Shown here piece by piece: positions 31,190 through 32,220 of a stretch of 32,220 nt of DNA. The position numbers and the translations under genes were made by a program. Origin of the DNA: an uncultured Christensenellaceae bacterium (lineage in GTDB: Bacteria; Bacillota; Clostridia; Christensenellales; SZUA-584); NCBI GenBank assembly GCA_964547655.1, contig CAZJOS010000003.1:1-32220 (forward strand), in the 5' to 3' direction. Each line of letters begins with the position of its first letter. Positions within the stretch are counted from its first letter, which is position 1. The notes beneath the pieces were generated by a model, which made no database searches, was not told the DNA's origin, and was given only the letters and a program-made list of their open reading frames with translations.

Positions 31190-32220
31190 ATGTTTAGAAG
31201 GAAGGTGCACCCGTCCGATACTCTTTCGGCCGCTGTTCTTAACAGCATACCCGATATGGTGCGCGTGATAGGCTCCGACGGAAAAGTGCTTTACGCCAAC
31301 AGTGTGGCAAAGGCTCTCGGGGCGCAAGACGGGACGTGCCGCAGAATACCCGGCTCTAGCAGCGATTGCAGGAGCTGCGTAGCGGTAAAATGCATAAAAG
31401 ACAAAAACAGCTACAGCACCGTAACGCGCACAAAGGGCAAAACCTTTTCACTCACCTCGTGCCCTGTTTTACATAACGGAGCCGTTTATGCGTTGGAGGT
31501 GCTCCGGGACATCACTCAGGAGCAAAATCTGAAAGAAAAACTGATGTCGAACAATTCGCGCATGATGAATGACCTCGAGGTGGCGAGAAGCCTTCAGCTT
31601 TCGATATTGCGCCACAACCTTCCCAAATCGGAAGGCTATCAGTTCTGCGCGGAATTCCTTCCCTGCGAAGCGCTCGGCGGAGATATGTACGATTGTTTTA
31701 TAGCGCACGACGGGCGCATAATCATGTATGTCGCGGATGTATCCGGCCACGGCGTAATGCCCGCCATGCTCACGGTATACCTTAGGCAGGAGATGTTCGC
31801 GCAATGCAAAGCCCCGGGGATAACGCCTGTGGAAGTGCTCAATAATATTCAAATGTCGTTCGAAGAGCTCAACACCGAAGAGAGCATATATATCACCATA
31901 TTCCTTGTGGCGCTTGACCCCTCTTCCGGAAAATTTGTATATGCCAACGCGGGCCACAGCGTTCCCCCGCTTATTTCGGGAACCGAAGTAAGGGAGCTTT
32001 TCCTTTCGGGCACGCCCATATGCAGGTGGGCGGGCACGCATATAAGGGAAGAGATGGAGGACGTGCTCAATAAGGGAGAAAAACTGTTTCTCTACACCGA
32101 CGGCCTCGACGGCATACACACGGGTTTTTCCTCCAACGAGAAGTTAAAGCACATACTGCTCGACCCCAAACTCAAAGGCAAGGGCCTTCTCGACGAGATA
32201 AAAAAGAAGTTCACGCAGAC
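31190..32220 (+). CDS. PAS-like sensor plus PP2C/SpoIIE-family serine phosphatase, 3' end beyond the window
   Basis: Not in the ORF track because it has no stop in the window. The ATG at 31190 follows AGGGGA by 7 nt, and the frame stays open for 343 codons to the window end. PP2C motifs EALGGDMYD, VADVSGHGVMPAML and LYTDGLDG. The N-terminal PAS-like domain is SIPDMVRVIGSDGKVLYAN. The minus-strand track ORFs here are its antisense shadows. Confidence 0.85.
   Translation, partial: MFRRKVHPSDTLSAAVLNSIPDMVRVIGSDGKVLYANSVAKALGAQDGTCRRIPGSSSDCRSCVAVKCIKDKNSYSTVTRTKGKTFSLTSCPVLHNGAVYALEVLRDITQEQNLKEKLMSNNSRMMNDLEVARSLQLSILRHNLPKSEGYQFCAEFLPCEALGGDMYDCFIAHDGRIIMYVADVSGHGVMPAMLTVYLRQEMFAQCKAPGITPVEVLNNIQMSFEELNTEESIYITIFLVALDPSSGKFVYANAGHSVPPLISGTEVRELFLSGTPICRWAGTHIREEMEDVLNKGEKLFLYTDGLDGIHTGFSSNEKLKHILLDPKLKGKGLLDEIKKKFTQ

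Noticed and set aside
31469-32119. 216-aa minus-strand ORF, plus the smaller ones at 31639..31842 and 31849..32070
   Set aside because: They are antisense shadows of the plus-strand PP2C phosphatase frame, which carries the conserved GGDMYD, DVSGHG and YTDG motifs.
1-32220. CRISPR arrays, tRNA or rRNA genes and IS elements
   Set aside because: I scanned for regularly spaced direct repeats, T-loop GGTTCGAATCC-like motifs, rRNA signatures and transposase-like ORFs. None was seen.

Overview
This looks like a chromosomal segment from a moderately GC-rich, spore-forming Firmicute, probably a Clostridia or Oscillospiraceae-like organism. That guess rests on spoIIID, yaaT/ricT, a Spo0E-like gene, a SpoIIE-type PP2C phosphatase and a clostridial ferredoxin. 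I found no rRNA, tRNA, CRISPR array, transposase or integrase.

Gene content in order:
- A tightly coupled minus-strand ABC-2 exporter operon. It carries an embedded 502-aa membrane-anchored protein of unknown function.
- A bactofilin gene, a small coiled-coil membrane protein and an NlpC/P60 hydrolase. The last two share an N-terminal anchor motif.
- A 157-bp imperfect palindrome.
- The conserved yaaO-like decarboxylase / HAD / tmk / holB / yaaT operon.
- A 56-aa 2x[4Fe-4S] ferredoxin that the ORF track misses.
- A radical SAM enzyme divergent from a truncated DtxR-like regulator, an ECF sigma factor and a Trp-rich membrane protein.
- spoIIID with a sigma-E-like promoter.
- Three tandem paralogous DUF4064-like membrane proteins.
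- An SDR epimerase and a lipoprotein esterase.
- A 1426-aa fused double-ATPase plus dehydratase-like protein (CoA-enzyme-activase family).
- A divergent DapB-like gene behind a roughly 300-nt structured leader.
- A 2x-GNAT-like acyltransferase, mreCD and an RluA-family pseudouridine synthase.
- An AT-rich island with a Spo0E-like gene.
- A 3'-truncated PAS(Cys4)-PP2C phosphatase, also missed by the ORF track.

Most remaining track ORFs are antisense shadows of these genes. The best candidates for undescribed biology are the bactofilin/hydrolase module, the ABC-2 operon accessory protein, the DUF4064-like triplet, the radical SAM / mini-DtxR / ECF locus and the unclassified leader RNA. All functional assignments come from motifs read by eye and recalled family knowledge. 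No searches were run.
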